Part shown: positions 48,570-58,704 of the stretch, piece after piece
How the letters are laid out: each line of letters starts with the position of its first letter
How positions within the stretch are numbered: position 1 is the stretch's first letter
DNA from: an uncultured Pelagibacteraceae bacterium
Lineage (GTDB): Bacteria; Pseudomonadota; Alphaproteobacteria; Pelagibacterales; AG-422-B15
NCBI GenBank assembly: GCA_902598405.1
Contig: CACKBQ010000005.1
Coordinates: 3,013-67,012, forward strand
Direction of reading: 5' to 3'
DNA length: 64,000 nt
The notes under the pieces: model-generated
What the model saw: only the letters and a program-made list of their open reading frames with translations
Database searches by the model: none
What the model was told of the DNA's origin: nothing
Program-made: the position numbers and the translations under genes

Positions 48570-49859
48570 CTAGAAGATAAAGTATAGTACCGATAATACT
48601 CCAATTACTATCGAACCAGCATTTAGATCTTCGTGTCTACCACTTAGTGCTTTAATTACAACGTATGCTATAAAACCAAGTGCAATTCCATGAGCAATGC
48701 TAAATGTAAGAGGCATCAAAACTGCCGCTAACACTGCTGGAGCATATTCACTGACGTCATCCCATTCTATATCCCTTAGGTTTTTCAAAAAGAATGTTGC
48801 AACAAACACTAGAGCTGGAGCAGTTGCAAACGCAGGAATACTTTGAGCTAATGGTGCTAAAAATAAACAGATTGCAAATAGAACTGCCACAGCAACCGCT
48901 GTAAGTCCTGTTCGCCCACCTTCTTTAACACCTGCTCCAGATTCAATGTATGATGTAGTATTGGAAGTTCCAACTAATGCACCTATTGTTGTAGCTGTGG
49001 AGTCTGCTAAAACTGCTCTACCTATCCCATCAACGTTTCCGTCTTGGTCAACTTTACCAGTTAAATTGGCAACTGAAGTAAGAGTTCCAGCGGTATCGAA
49101 AAAGTCTACAAAAAGAAAAGCAAACGCGACACCAATAAAACCTGCTGTTGCTACAAGGCTAAAGTCCATTGAGAACGCATGAACAGCTGGTGGAACTGAT
49201 CCCACAACTCCATCAATTGCGCTCACACCGCTTACCCAAGCAATAATACTTACTGCAAGTATACCGATGATAATTGATCCTGGAACACCACGCTTATCTA
49301 AAATTGCCATAATTGCGAATCCGACAGCAGCCAATATCACAGGCATTGAACTTACATCACCTAAACCAACTAAAGTTGCAGGATTATCGACAACCACGCC
49401 AGCATTTTTTAATCCTATAATAGCTAAGAACAATCCTATGCCTGCCCCTACGCCAAACTTCATACTTTTTGGTATGCTATTTATTATCCACTGACGTGCC
49501 GGTGTTACAGACAAAATTAAAAATACTATCCCTGCAATAAACACTGCGGCAAGAGCCTGCTGGTAGGTATAACCCATTCCAAATACAACTCCAAAAGCAA
49601 AGAAAGCGTTTAAACCCATACCAGGTGCTAGGGCAATTGGCCAATTAGCCCACAGGCCCATTATTAGACAGCCAACCACAGCAGCTATGATTGTGGCAAC
49701 AAATACACCGCCAAAATCCATACCGGTTCCCTCAGTAGATAAGATGGCTGGATTAACGACAATAATATATGCCATTGTTAAGAACGTGGCTAAACCTGCC
49801 AATAACTCAGTTTTTACACTAGTACCGTTCTCTTTTAATTTAAAAATATTTTCTAACAT
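48570..49859 (-). CDS. NCS2/AzgA-family purine (adenine/guanine/hypoxanthine) permease
   Basis: 429 aa with 'TELLAGLATFLTMAYII.VNP.IL' and 'NTTSYIESGAGV.EGGRTGLTA', typical of AzgA/PurP-like permeases. Confidence 0.85.
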   Translation of the reverse strand: MLENIFKLKENGTSVKTELLAGLATFLTMAYIIVVNPAILSTEGTGMDFGGVFVATIIAAVVGCLIMGLWANWPIALAPGMGLNAFFAFGVVFGMGYTYQQALAAVFIAGIVFLILSVTPARQWIINSIPKSMKFGVGAGIGLFLAIIGLKNAGVVVDNPATLVGLGDVSSMPVILAAVGFAIMAILDKRGVPGSIIIGILAVSIIAWVSGVSAIDGVVGSVPPAVHAFSMDFSLVATAGFIGVAFAFLFVDFFDTAGTLTSVANLTGKVDQDGNVDGIGRAVLADSTATTIGALVGTSNTTSYIESGAGVKEGGRTGLTAVAVAVLFAICLFLAPLAQSIPAFATAPALVFVATFFLKNLRDIEWDDVSEYAPAVLAAVLMPLTFSIAHGIALGFIAYVVIKALSGRHEDLNAGSIVIGVLSVLYFIF

Positions 49860-50008
49860 TCAGTTCCTCCGTTTAGTAAGAATATAATTTACATTACCAA
49901 AATGAAGTAATCGAGATCGATAAAATGTTTCTGTGGATAAGGATATTGATAATTTACTTAAAATTATTTTTTTAAATAATTGAAAATCAATTGTTTTTAG
50001 AAAATAGA

Positions 50009-50785
50009 CTAATGAGTATCTTTCCAAATTTGTCGATTAGTGAAGTAGAGTAATACAGAAAGAATTAATAAGTATGAAATTACCTTAAAACCGATTCTTT
50101 TTCTCGCCTCTAGCTTTGGTTCTGCTGCCCATGTAAGAAACATTGTGACGTCCCGTGCCATTTGTTCTGGCGTTGCAGCTGTTCCATCTGTGTAAACTAC
50201 AGCATCCTCATACAATACTTGAGGCATCGCTATTTTTTGGCCTTTTGCGTACTCATTGTAATAAACACCATCATCGAGTTTAATATCACTTGGTGCATCA
50301 ACATAACCCAACAATAAAGAGTACAAATAGTCTGCTCCACCATGTCGTGCTTTAACCATTACAGATAAATCCGGCGGATAAGCACCGCCGTTTGCAGCTC
50401 TTCCCTGTTGTTCATTCTCATATGGGCTAACAAACTTGTCAGATAATATTGCAGGACGCATTTCAACTTCTCCATCGGCATTTGGAGCAGCTTTTACTTC
50501 AAATGCTGCTGCCATTGCTTTAGCTTGAGACTCGCTGAATTCAGGGCCACCCTCTTCAATTAGATTTCTATAACTTAAAAGGTTCATTGAATGACATCCT
50601 GAACAGACTTCGGTATAAACTTGATACCCTCTTTGAAGCGATGCTCTCTCAAATTTTCCTAATGGTCCTTCAAATGACCAATCAGGATGCATAGGCTCTT
50701 TCATTTCGCCAGCAGCATGTAATTGAGTAAAGCTAAAGCTCAGTAGCAATGAGAAAGATACAAATAAATTTATGATAAATTTCAT
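50009..50785 (-). CDS. petC: Cytochrome c1 of the bc1 complex
   Basis: 258 aa with a signal peptide, haem motif 'CSGCHS', 'PPDLS' and a C-terminal TM anchor. Confidence 0.9.
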   Translation of the reverse strand: MKFIINLFVSFSLLLSFSFTQLHAAGEMKEPMHPDWSFEGPLGKFERASLQRGYQVYTEVCSGCHSMNLLSYRNLIEEGGPEFSESQAKAMAAAFEVKAAPNADGEVEMRPAILSDKFVSPYENEQQGRAANGGAYPPDLSVMVKARHGGADYLYSLLLGYVDAPSDIKLDDGVYYNEYAKGQKIAMPQVLYEDAVVYTDGTAATPEQMARDVTMFLTWAAEPKLEARKRIGFKVISYLLILSVLLYFTNRQIWKDTH

Positions 50786-50795
50786 ATATCAATAG

Positions 50796-52055
50796 CTAAG
50801 CACTGGCTCCAGAGGCAGCGGCCTTCATCTGTCTTTCCTCGGGAGAAAGAACAGGCTCACTCAAGCTCTTAGGCAAAGGTTTGGTTTTTTCAATATAACC
50901 AAGTAGAGGTAAAATAATTATAAAATGAGCAAAATAATAAGCGGTAGCAATTCGTCCAATAATCAGAAATAGACCATCAGCAGTCTGAGCCCCTAGATAA
51001 CCAAGCAATATTACATTAGCAAAGAAAAGCCATACAAACTGTCTATAGAGAGGTCTGTATTTTGCTGACCTAACTTTTGAAGTATCCAGCCAAGGTAAGA
51101 ATGCTAAAATAGCAATTGCAGAAACCATTAAAATTACTCCGCCGAGTTTATCTGGTACAGATCTCAAGATTGCATAGAATGGAAGAAAATACCATTCTGG
51201 GACAATATGTTCCGGAGTTTGCAAAGGGTTAGCTTCAATATAGTTATCAGTATGTCCAAGTAAATTAGGGACAAAGAATACAAAGCCCGCGAATACAACT
51301 AAGAATACAACAAGTGCAAACATATCTTTTACAACGTAATGAGGATGGAAAGGAACTGTATCTTGAGAGCCTTGAACAACATTAATACCCTCAGGATTAT
51401 TATTACCAGGTACATGTAGTGCCCAAACATGAAGTATAACTAGGGCAAAAATCAGGAAAGGCATCAGGTAATGTAATGTGAAAAACCTAGTTAAAAGTGG
51501 GCTACCAACAGCATAACCTCCCCACAACCAGTTAGTTACTGACTCACCTACCAAAGGAATTGCACTGAATAAATTTGTTATAACTGTAGCTCCCCAGAAA
51601 CTCATTTGGCCCCACGGAAGCACATACCCCATAAAGGCAGTAGCAATCATGAGTAAAAATATAAACACACCAATTATCCAGATTAATTCTCTTGGTTCTT
51701 TATATGAGCCGTAAAATAGAGATCTTGCCATATGAATATAAACCGCCATAAAAAATAGTGATGCACCGTTTGCATGTATGTATCTTAATAACCACCCATA
51801 ATTAACGTCTCTCATAATATGCTCTACACTTGCAAAAGCTAAGTCGGCGTCAGCAACATAGTGCATTGCTAGGACAAGTCCTGTAATTATTTGGGTAACA
51901 AGACAAAAAGTTAAAATTCCACCAAATGTCCACCAATAATTTAAATTTTTCGGCGTTGGATATGGAAGTAAATGTCCATAAATTAAGTTTAAAAGTGGTA
52001 AACGGTCATTAAACCATCTTCCAACAGCTGATTTAGGTGCATAATTTTCGCTCAT
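50796..52055 (-). CDS. petB: Cytochrome b
   Basis: 419 aa with 'NLNYWW.FG', '[11 protein letters not shown]' and '[14 protein letters not shown]'. Confidence 0.95.
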   Translation of the reverse strand: MSENYAPKSAVGRWFNDRLPLLNLIYGHLLPYPTPKNLNYWWTFGGILTFCLVTQIITGLVLAMHYVADADLAFASVEHIMRDVNYGWLLRYIHANGASLFFMAVYIHMARSLFYGSYKEPRELIWIIGVFIFLLMIATAFMGYVLPWGQMSFWGATVITNLFSAIPLVGESVTNWLWGGYAVGSPLLTRFFTLHYLMPFLIFALVILHVWALHVPGNNNPEGINVVQGSQDTVPFHPHYVVKDMFALVVFLVVFAGFVFFVPNLLGHTDNYIEANPLQTPEHIVPEWYFLPFYAILRSVPDKLGGVILMVSAIAILAFLPWLDTSKVRSAKYRPLYRQFVWLFFANVILLGYLGAQTADGLFLIIGRIATAYYFAHFIIILPLLGYIEKTKPLPKSLSEPVLSPEERQMKAAASGASA

Positions 52056-52061
52056 ACTTTT

Positions 52062-52571
52062 TTATCCAATTTTAATAGTAGTTTCGTTTAAGAATACATA
52101 ATCCGGAATCTCAAGATTTGTAGGTGCAGGTCCCTTTCTTATCCTACCTGATGTATCATAATGAGAACCATGACATGGACAAAACCAACCATTATAATCA
52201 CCTTTTTGTCCAAGCGGCACACATCCAAGATGGGTACAAATTCCAACCATAACAAGCCATTCAGGATTTTGTGCTCGATCACTATCTGCTTCTGGGTGGG
52301 GCAAATCAGCTAAATTAACTTTCTTTGCCTCATCAATTTCAGCCTGTGTTCGCCTTCTAATAAATACCGGTTTACCCCTCCACATTACAGTGATGCTTTG
52401 CCCAGGTATTATAGGTCTGAGATCAATTTCAGTAGATGCTAACGCTTTGACTGATGCATCAGGATTCATTTGATCAACGAAAGGCCATGCCAATGAAACT
52501 GCTCCCGCAGCTGCAAACGCACCTGTCGTGACATAGAGAAAATTTCTTCTTGTAACTTGTTTTTCTGACAA
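52062..52571 (-). CDS. petA: Ubiquinol-cytochrome c reductase Rieske iron-sulfur subunit
   Basis: 169 aa with a Tat-like 'TRRNFL' and the Rieske boxes 'CTHLGC' and 'CPCHGS'. Confidence 0.95.
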   Translation of the reverse strand: MSEKQVTRRNFLYVTTGAFAAAGAVSLAWPFVDQMNPDASVKALASTEIDLRPIIPGQSITVMWRGKPVFIRRRTQAEIDEAKKVNLADLPHPEADSDRAQNPEWLVMVGICTHLGCVPLGQKGDYNGWFCPCHGSHYDTSGRIRKGPAPTNLEIPDYVFLNETTIKIG

Positions 52572-52707
52572 CTTAATATCCTAGAGTTATATTGCTAATA
52601 TACTTGTAAATCGTCGATTTTTAAGGGAAAAAGGCAATTAAAGACGCAAAAAATTGTGTCATGATGACGCATATATTAGGATCAAAAAGTTATAAAATAT
52701 TTATCAA

Positions 52708-53151
52708 ATGAACTTAGCAATTTTTGAACCTGATATACCTCAAAATACTGGAGCAATGGTGAGGATTTGCTCTTGTTTCGATGTCAATATTGATATCATC
52801 CATCCAGCTTCTTTTGCAATGTCGGAAAAATCTCTTAGCAGAGTTGCAATGGACTATGGTAAAAATATTAATTTAACAGAGTTTGACGATTGGAAACACT
52901 ACGAAAAAAATAGAAAAGGAAGAAAAATACTGCTGTCTACAAAAGGTAAACTTAGTCACTATGATTTTGAATTTAAGGATACTGATAATTTAATTGTTGG
53001 AAGAGAAAGTGCGGGAGTACCAGATTACGTTCACAAACAATCTGACCAAATAATAAGAATACCAATGAACAGTTCGGCAAGGTCTTTAAATGTTGCAGTG
53101 TCTTCAGCTATAGTTATTTCTGAGGCAAACAGACAGTTAAAACTATTTTGA
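52708..53151 (+). CDS. trmL: tRNA (cytidine/uridine-34 2'-O)-methyltransferase, SpoU/TrmL type
   Basis: 147 aa with 'IFEPDIPQNTGAMVRIC', 'GRESAGVP' and 'IRIPM.....SLNVAVS'. Confidence 0.85.
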   Translation: MNLAIFEPDIPQNTGAMVRICSCFDVNIDIIHPASFAMSEKSLSRVAMDYGKNINLTEFDDWKHYEKNRKGRKILLSTKGKLSHYDFEFKDTDNLIVGRESAGVPDYVHKQSDQIIRIPMNSSARSLNVAVSSAIVISEANRQLKLF

Positions 53152-53152
53152 A

Positions 53153-53956
53153 ATGTTAAATAAAAAAAAGATAACTAAAGCATGGTTTAAGGAATTACAG
53201 AATTTAATTTGTGATACTGTTCATGAACTCGAAAAAGAGAATGGATCAAAAGCAAAATTCAAAGCTAATAAATGGAAAAAAGGTGAATATAGAATAATTA
53301 AAGGTAATGTAATCGAAAAAGGCGGTATAGCATTTTCAAACGTAACAGGTACTTTTCCAAAAGAATTTGCAAAACAAATTCCAGGAACTGAAAAGGATAA
53401 AAGATTTTGGTCCTCGGGAGTATCTGTAGTACTTCACCCAGCAAATCCAAAAGTTCCTGCATTACATTTCAATACTCGGCATATAATAACAGGTAAAAAT
53501 TGGTTTGGTGGCGGTATTGACGCTACTCCATGTTTTAAGGACGCTAAATTAAAGAAACAATTTCACACTAAATTAAAAATAATGTGTGAAAATCATAATA
53601 AATCTTATTACAAAAAGTATAAAAAATGGTGTGATGAATATTTCTATTTACCTCACAGAAAAGAAATAAGAGGGATTGGCGGAATATTTTTTGACTATAA
53701 AATGGATAATTGGAAAAAAGATTTTGATTTTGTTAAGGACGTTGGCGTAACATTTAATGATATTGTAAGAGATATTATAAGCCAAAAAATGAACGAAAAG
53801 TTCACAAAAAAAGATAAAGAAATTCAGTTATTGAAACGTGGAAGATACGTGGAATATAATCTTTTATACGATCGAGGAACAAAATTTGGTTTGAACACCG
53901 GCGGTAATATTGATGCAATTTTAATGTCAATGCCCCCTAATGCAAAGTGGAAATAA
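53153..53956 (+). CDS. hemF: Oxygen-dependent coproporphyrinogen III oxidase
   Basis: 267 aa with 'GGIAFSNV', 'F...GVS.V.HP.NP.VP..H.N.R' and 'WFGGG.D.TP'. Confidence 0.9.
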   Translation: MLNKKKITKAWFKELQNLICDTVHELEKENGSKAKFKANKWKKGEYRIIKGNVIEKGGIAFSNVTGTFPKEFAKQIPGTEKDKRFWSSGVSVVLHPANPKVPALHFNTRHIITGKNWFGGGIDATPCFKDAKLKKQFHTKLKIMCENHNKSYYKKYKKWCDEYFYLPHRKEIRGIGGIFFDYKMDNWKKDFDFVKDVGVTFNDIVRDIISQKMNEKFTKKDKEIQLLKRGRYVEYNLLYDRGTKFGLNTGGNIDAILMSMPPNAKWK

Positions 53957-53958
53957 AA

Positions 53959-54438
53959 ATGGAAACTGAACCAATTACATCAAATGGCGCAAAAAAACTT
54001 CAAGATGAGTTAAGCGATTTGGTAAATAATAAAAGACAAAAAGTAATTCAAGCCATTGCCGAAGCAAGAGAGCATGGTGATTTAAAGGAAAACGCTGAGT
54101 ACCATGCAGCAAAAGAGGAGCAAGGACACATTGAGGGTCGTATTCAGGAAATTCAATTACTACTATCAAATGCAGAAATCATAGATATTTCAAATATTCC
54201 TAAAAATCAAAAAACCGTTGTCTTTGGAGCAACTGTTGAAGTTGAAGATATTGATAATGATACAAAGACAAAGTTTCAAATTGTTGGCGATGATGAAGCA
54301 GATATTGAGTCGGGACTGTTGTCTTACCGATCCCCTGTTGCAAAAGCTCTAATTGGTAAAGAAAAAGGTGATTTCGTATCAGTTTCAACACCAAAAGGAG
54401 AGAAAAACTACGAGATTAAGAAAATTTTATATAAATAA
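53959..54438 (+). CDS. greA: Transcription elongation factor GreA
   Basis: It has 'ITSNGAKKLQDEL' and 'AREHGDLKENAEYHAAKEEQ..IEGRI.E'. I chose the ATG at 53959, 3 nt after the hemF stop, over the GTG at 53947. Confidence 0.9.
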   Translation: METEPITSNGAKKLQDELSDLVNNKRQKVIQAIAEAREHGDLKENAEYHAAKEEQGHIEGRIQEIQLLLSNAEIIDISNIPKNQKTVVFGATVEVEDIDNDTKTKFQIVGDDEADIESGLLSYRSPVAKALIGKEKGDFVSVSTPKGEKNYEIKKILYK

Positions 54439-54444
54439 AAAAAA

Positions 54445-55677
54445 TTATTTTTTCGATTGAACGATTGCTTTAAGTCTCTCAATTAATGAAAATTTATCAT
54501 CAATAAAATCATTTTCTGCCCACCAGTCTTCAACCTCTTTTAAAATGTCTCCAACCATTGGGCCCTGAGATATTCCCATGTTTATTACATCTTTGGCTGT
54601 TAAAGCAAAAGATGGCTTCTCCCAGCTTTGAGCGACTTCATATAGAGATCTCCAGTTTACTTCATTTTTATTATTTGCATCCTTAGCCCAAGTAACAAGT
54701 ATTTGTTTTTGAAAACCGTCACGCCCTAATAGATAAAGTAAATATCTTACTTCTTTCATTGACATGTATGAGACGACTTTTTTATTTAATGTGCATAATT
54801 TCAATAAGTCAGTAGATTCTGATTTTGATAAAGGTAATTTTTTTATGATAGTGTTTGCTTTATCCAATGAGTTTTCAATTAAAGTACTTAATCTCAATAT
54901 TGGATCAATTGAAAAAGATATTTTACTTTCTATTTCAATTAAATTTACAAATGCATCATTTATGCCAATGCCATTAAAATAATCATCAAGTAAACCAATT
55001 TCACTCATTGCAGAAATTGCATTATTTGGCGTAGTTAGAGTTAGAATTGACTTCAGTTCATTCCATTGCCTTTCCTTAGAAACAACTGATAACTTATCAA
55101 GATTAGCTGAAATTGTTTTCATCACCTCTGCGTCAGGGGATATATCGCCAAATAATGCTAAAAAACGAAAATACCTAAGTATCCTAAGGTAATCTTCTTT
55201 TATTCTTTCATCAGGCCTTCCTATGAAACGAACGACTCTATTTTCTAAATCTTTTTTACCATCTGTAGGGTCTATTAAATTTCCGCTCTTATCTAAATAC
55301 ATTGCATTTATGGTAAAATCTCTCCTTAATGCATCTTCCTCTAAACTATTTGAGAATGATACTTGAGCATGTCTTCCATCAGTAAAGATATCGTCTCTAA
55401 AAGTTGTAATTTCAAACTTTCTTTCATTAATTATTGCTGTAACCGTTCCATGATTTATTCCTACATCAATAAATTTAATATTTTCTTTATTGAGTATTTC
55501 AGTAATAGTTTTTGGCTCCAAGGGAGTGGCAAAATCAATATCTGTGATTTCCCTATTTAAAAGTGCGTCTCTGATAGCGCCTCCTACAACAAAAATACTA
55601 TTTTTTTGATAGGTTTCAAAAAGATCAAAAACTTGTGCAACGTCGTTTTGTTCTAGGATTAATGAAAATCTACTCAT
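54445..55677 (-). CDS. cca: CCA-adding enzyme / poly(A) polymerase-family tRNA nucleotidyltransferase
   Basis: 410 aa with 'VGGAIRDALL.REITDIDFAT', 'TFR.D' and 'RRDFTINAMY'. Confidence 0.8.
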   Translation of the reverse strand: MSRFSLILEQNDVAQVFDLFETYQKNSIFVVGGAIRDALLNREITDIDFATPLEPKTITEILNKENIKFIDVGINHGTVTAIINERKFEITTFRDDIFTDGRHAQVSFSNSLEEDALRRDFTINAMYLDKSGNLIDPTDGKKDLENRVVRFIGRPDERIKEDYLRILRYFRFLALFGDISPDAEVMKTISANLDKLSVVSKERQWNELKSILTLTTPNNAISAMSEIGLLDDYFNGIGINDAFVNLIEIESKISFSIDPILRLSTLIENSLDKANTIIKKLPLSKSESTDLLKLCTLNKKVVSYMSMKEVRYLLYLLGRDGFQKQILVTWAKDANNKNEVNWRSLYEVAQSWEKPSFALTAKDVINMGISQGPMVGDILKEVEDWWAENDFIDDKFSLIERLKAIVQSKK

Positions 55678-55694
55678 AAAACAGATTATTTATA

Positions 55695-56333
55695 TTATTT
55701 TAAAATTTGATAAAGATTAATCAACATTCCAGCAGTTGCTCCCCAGATATTGTAATCTTTATAAGGTAAAACGTAATAGTCGTATTCATATTTTTTATTG
55801 TTTACCTCATATGTTGCACTTTCTTTCTTATGATTATTTGAGTCCATTAAGAATTCTAAGGGGAGAAAAAATATTTCATCCACTTCATTTTGATTAGCCT
55901 TTAAATAAGAGTAATCAGAAACTATAGATACAATTGGCATGATCCTAAATCCTGTGCCAGTTATATATACATCAAGATTCCCCAACACATTTACATCATC
56001 AGACCTTAAACCAACTTCTTCGTTAGCCTCTCGTAAAGCAGTTTCTATTGGAGACGTATCATTTTTTTCGATTTTACCTCCGGGAAAACTAATTTGCCCC
56101 GCATGATCTTTTAAATTATCCAGTCTTTTAGTTAATAATATTTTTACTTCATCATTTGAATAACATATGGGTACAAGTACAGCTGATGGATTTAGCTTAG
56201 CTTTATCTTTTTCAGCCTTTGCTAGAGGGTGATGATGTCTTGTTAAAAAATCATTTGTAAGTATTTCAAAATACTCATGAGATATCTTATCTGGACCATC
56301 AAATAAATCCCTCAATTTTTCTAGAGGTATCAT
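55695..56333 (-). CDS. NUDIX hydrolase, CoA pyrophosphatase-like
   Basis: 212 aa with the Nudix box 'FPGGKIEKNDTSPIETALREANEEVGL'. The DUF1285-NUDIX-cca neighbourhood is common in Alphaproteobacteria. Confidence 0.8.
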   Translation of the reverse strand: MIPLEKLRDLFDGPDKISHEYFEILTNDFLTRHHHPLAKAEKDKAKLNPSAVLVPICYSNDEVKILLTKRLDNLKDHAGQISFPGGKIEKNDTSPIETALREANEEVGLRSDDVNVLGNLDVYITGTGFRIMPIVSIVSDYSYLKANQNEVDEIFFLPLEFLMDSNNHKKESATYEVNNKKYEYDYYVLPYKDYNIWGATAGMLINLYQILK

Positions 56334-56911
56334 TCTTTTTCAACTTCATGAATATTGAAACTTTCACCCATACTTTCTATAACTAAGCATTTTTTATTAT
56401 TAATTATCTTTTCCTCTGCAAGGTCCACTAGTTCATAAAAAACTGATCTGGATAAAAGTGCATTGAGATTCTTTCTGATCAAGATATAGGGTGACGGTTC
56501 TGAATTTTCTCCAATTTTAATTGTTAATGGATTATCTTTAGAGAGAAGAATTTCTTCATTGAGGTTTGTTTTAAATAGATAGCCAGTTTTACTACTTATC
56601 TCAACTTTATTAAGAGACACAGCAACAAACGGTGCATCTTCAACCTGAATTCTAACTTTCTCAACGGGCGTAACTAGGTAATAGCATGCATCTTCATCTA
56701 ATCTTAAGATGCTTGAAAAAAGTTTAACCATCGCAGGTCTTTTTATTTCAGAGCCCATGTAAAACCACTTTCCATTTCTTAAAATCTTCATGTCGATATC
56801 ACCACAAAATGGAGGGTTCCATTTTTCTACAGGTGGCAGTGATTGCTTATTTTTCTTGCTGAAACTATAAATTGTTTCTAGTCCTTTTAAATTAACTGGA
56901 TTATCGTTCAT
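56330..56911 (-). CDS. DUF1285 family protein
   Basis: 193 aa with 'D..MKI.RNG.WFY.GS.I.R..MVKLFS..L' and 'YYLVTPVEK..I.VEDAPF'. Confidence 0.7.
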   Translation of the reverse strand: MNDNPVNLKGLETIYSFSKKNKQSLPPVEKWNPPFCGDIDMKILRNGKWFYMGSEIKRPAMVKLFSSILRLDEDACYYLVTPVEKVRIQVEDAPFVAVSLNKVEISSKTGYLFKTNLNEEILLSKDNPLTIKIGENSEPSPYILIRKNLNALLSRSVFYELVDLAEEKIINNKKCLVIESMGESFNIHEVEKE

Positions 56912-57027
56912 GATTTACTTGAATTCATAATTAATGGATTTATCAATATTTTTCATTATAAAACTTCAATAATCTTTTTAATTAGATAATATTCTCAAGA
57001 TATAATTAATTATTTTGGAGATTTACT

Positions 57028-57483
57028 ATGCAAAGTGTGGATGTAAAGGATTTAGAAAATTATAAAGGTAAAGATATGGGGCATTCAGATTGGATGTCAA
57101 TTGATCAGGATAGAATAAATTTATTTGCCGATGCAACTGGTGACCATCAGTGGATACATGTTAATGAAGAAAAAGCTCAAAAAGAACTTCCTACTAAAAG
57201 CACAATTGCTCATGGCTTCTTAAGCCTTTCTCTATCAGTACCGTTGGCTGGTAAAATTTGGACAGTTACAGGGGCTAAAATGATGATTAATTATGGCTTA
57301 AATAAAGTAAGATTTATTAATATGGTTCCAGTTAATTCCCGTGTGAGAATGGGAATAAAAATTAAAGAGGTAAACAAATTAGATAATGGTGGAACGCAAG
57401 TAATCAGTGAGGCTACTCTCGAAATTGAAGGACAAGACAAACCAGCGTATGTTGCAGAACAAATCATGGTAGCTTTTCCCTAA
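57028..57483 (+). CDS. MaoC-like (R)-hydratase/dehydratase
   Basis: 151 aa with 'Q.RINLFADATGDHQWIHVNEEKA' and 'TIAHGFL', a hot-dog fold. Confidence 0.8.
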   Translation: MQSVDVKDLENYKGKDMGHSDWMSIDQDRINLFADATGDHQWIHVNEEKAQKELPTKSTIAHGFLSLSLSVPLAGKIWTVTGAKMMINYGLNKVRFINMVPVNSRVRMGIKIKEVNKLDNGGTQVISEATLEIEGQDKPAYVAEQIMVAFP

Positions 57484-57486
57484 AAA

Positions 57487-58329
57487 ATGAGTGATAAATC
57501 ATTTCCTGATCCAGATGCAAGTTCAATTGATTTAAACACTGAAATAATTAAACTTTTAACCTGGAACGTATGGTGGAAATTTGAAAACTATAAGGAACGA
57601 GAAAATCTAATCATTTCTGAAATCAATAATTCTTGTCCAGATATTTTGTGTCTACAAGAAGTATGGGAAGAAACTGATGAAAGTCAGGCTAAAATAATCG
57701 CAGATCAACTTGGGTATAACTATATTTTTGAAAAATCATTTGAATTTGATGGTGTTGCGTTTGGAAATGCAATCATTACTAAATTCCCAATCAATTCTCA
57801 CCATACTGTAATGTTTAAAACTGAAGCAGAGAAAGATGAAAAGAGATTTTTGCTTCATCTTTCATTAAAATATAAAAGTGAAATGATTAACGTTATTTGC
57901 ACCCACCTTAATTATAAATATGAACACCAGCAAGTAAGAGAAGATCAAGTAAATCAAATAATAGAATACATTAGTAAATTAGAACCATCAAAATTCCCTA
58001 TAATTTTGTGTGGAGATTTCAATGCTGATCCTGAAAGTGATGAAATCAGAAAGATTACTGGTTTAACTAGGCCGGTAAACGATATCGTTTTAAGAGATGT
58101 ATGGAAATTAACAAATAGAAACGATCCTGGTTACACTTGGTCAAACAGCAATGATTGGGCAAAAAAAACTTTAGAATATAATCGACGAATTGATTACATA
58201 TTTTTGGGTAAACCTGGACCTAATGGTCTGGGTCATCCAATTGAGTGCAACCTTGTCGGTACAGAAAAAAATAAATTTTTTCCAAGTGATCACTTTGGAT
58301 TATTGGCTCATTTGGTGGGTATGAACTGA
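57487..58329 (+). CDS. Endonuclease/exonuclease/phosphatase (EEP) family protein
   Basis: 280 aa with 'LLTWNVW', 'DILCLQEV', 'THL', 'GDFNA' and 'SDHFG', the catalytic motifs. Confidence 0.75.
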   Translation: MSDKSFPDPDASSIDLNTEIIKLLTWNVWWKFENYKERENLIISEINNSCPDILCLQEVWEETDESQAKIIADQLGYNYIFEKSFEFDGVAFGNAIITKFPINSHHTVMFKTEAEKDEKRFLLHLSLKYKSEMINVICTHLNYKYEHQQVREDQVNQIIEYISKLEPSKFPIILCGDFNADPESDEIRKITGLTRPVNDIVLRDVWKLTNRNDPGYTWSNSNDWAKKTLEYNRRIDYIFLGKPGPNGLGHPIECNLVGTEKNKFFPSDHFGLLAHLVGMN

Positions 58330-58703
58330 TGAGTATTTTGTTATCCATTTTTTTAGGTGGAGGCTTAGGAGCTTTATTGCGTTTTCTTATCAGTGAACAG
58401 ACCAATCGATTATTTTTAAGTTCATTTCCATTTGGAACAATCGTCGTCAATATTCTTGGGGCATTTTTAATGGGATTTGTCGTCAGTTATTTTGCAGACA
58501 AAGTGAATATTTCTCAAAATATAAAAATGTTTTTAACAATTGGTTTTCTTGGAGGTTTCACGACCTTTTCAACTTTTAATTTGGATTTTTATCAATTATT
58601 CAGCAACGGAGAAATTTTAGCTTCACTGTTATATCTAATTGCAACATTTGCATTAACGGTTATAGCTTTTTATCTTGGGCTAAGTTTATTCAAATTTCTT
58701 TAA
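58329..58703 (+). CDS. crcB: Fluoride ion channel CrcB/Fluc
   Basis: 124 aa with four TM segments, 'GGGLGALLRF', 'GT..VN..G.F' and 'GFLGGFTTFSTF'. Its ATG overlaps the EEP stop by 1 nt. Confidence 0.9.
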   Translation: MSILLSIFLGGGLGALLRFLISEQTNRLFLSSFPFGTIVVNILGAFLMGFVVSYFADKVNISQNIKMFLTIGFLGGFTTFSTFNLDFYQLFSNGEILASLLYLIATFALTVIAFYLGLSLFKFL

Positions 58704-58704
58704 A

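Noticed and set aside
49978-49998. AATTGA-AAA-TCAATT hairpin followed by a T-run, a candidate terminator after petC.
   Set aside because: It is a 6-bp all-A/T stem with very low predicted stability, and the T-run is on the plus strand, where no gene ends. It is too weak to call.
49860-50008. Possible purine riboswitch in the 149-nt leader of the NCS2 purine permease, plus an ATCGA-GA-TCGAT inverted repeat at 49911-49922.
   Set aside because: The minus-strand leader lacks the conserved purine-riboswitch junction and loop elements (no UUUCUACC-like J2/3 and no paired L2/L3 signatures). The inverted repeat is short and could be chance.
56912-57027. Fluoride (crcB-motif) riboswitch upstream of the MaoC-EEP-crcB unit.
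   Set aside because: None of the conserved crcB-motif sequence blocks are visible, and the region is almost pure A/T.
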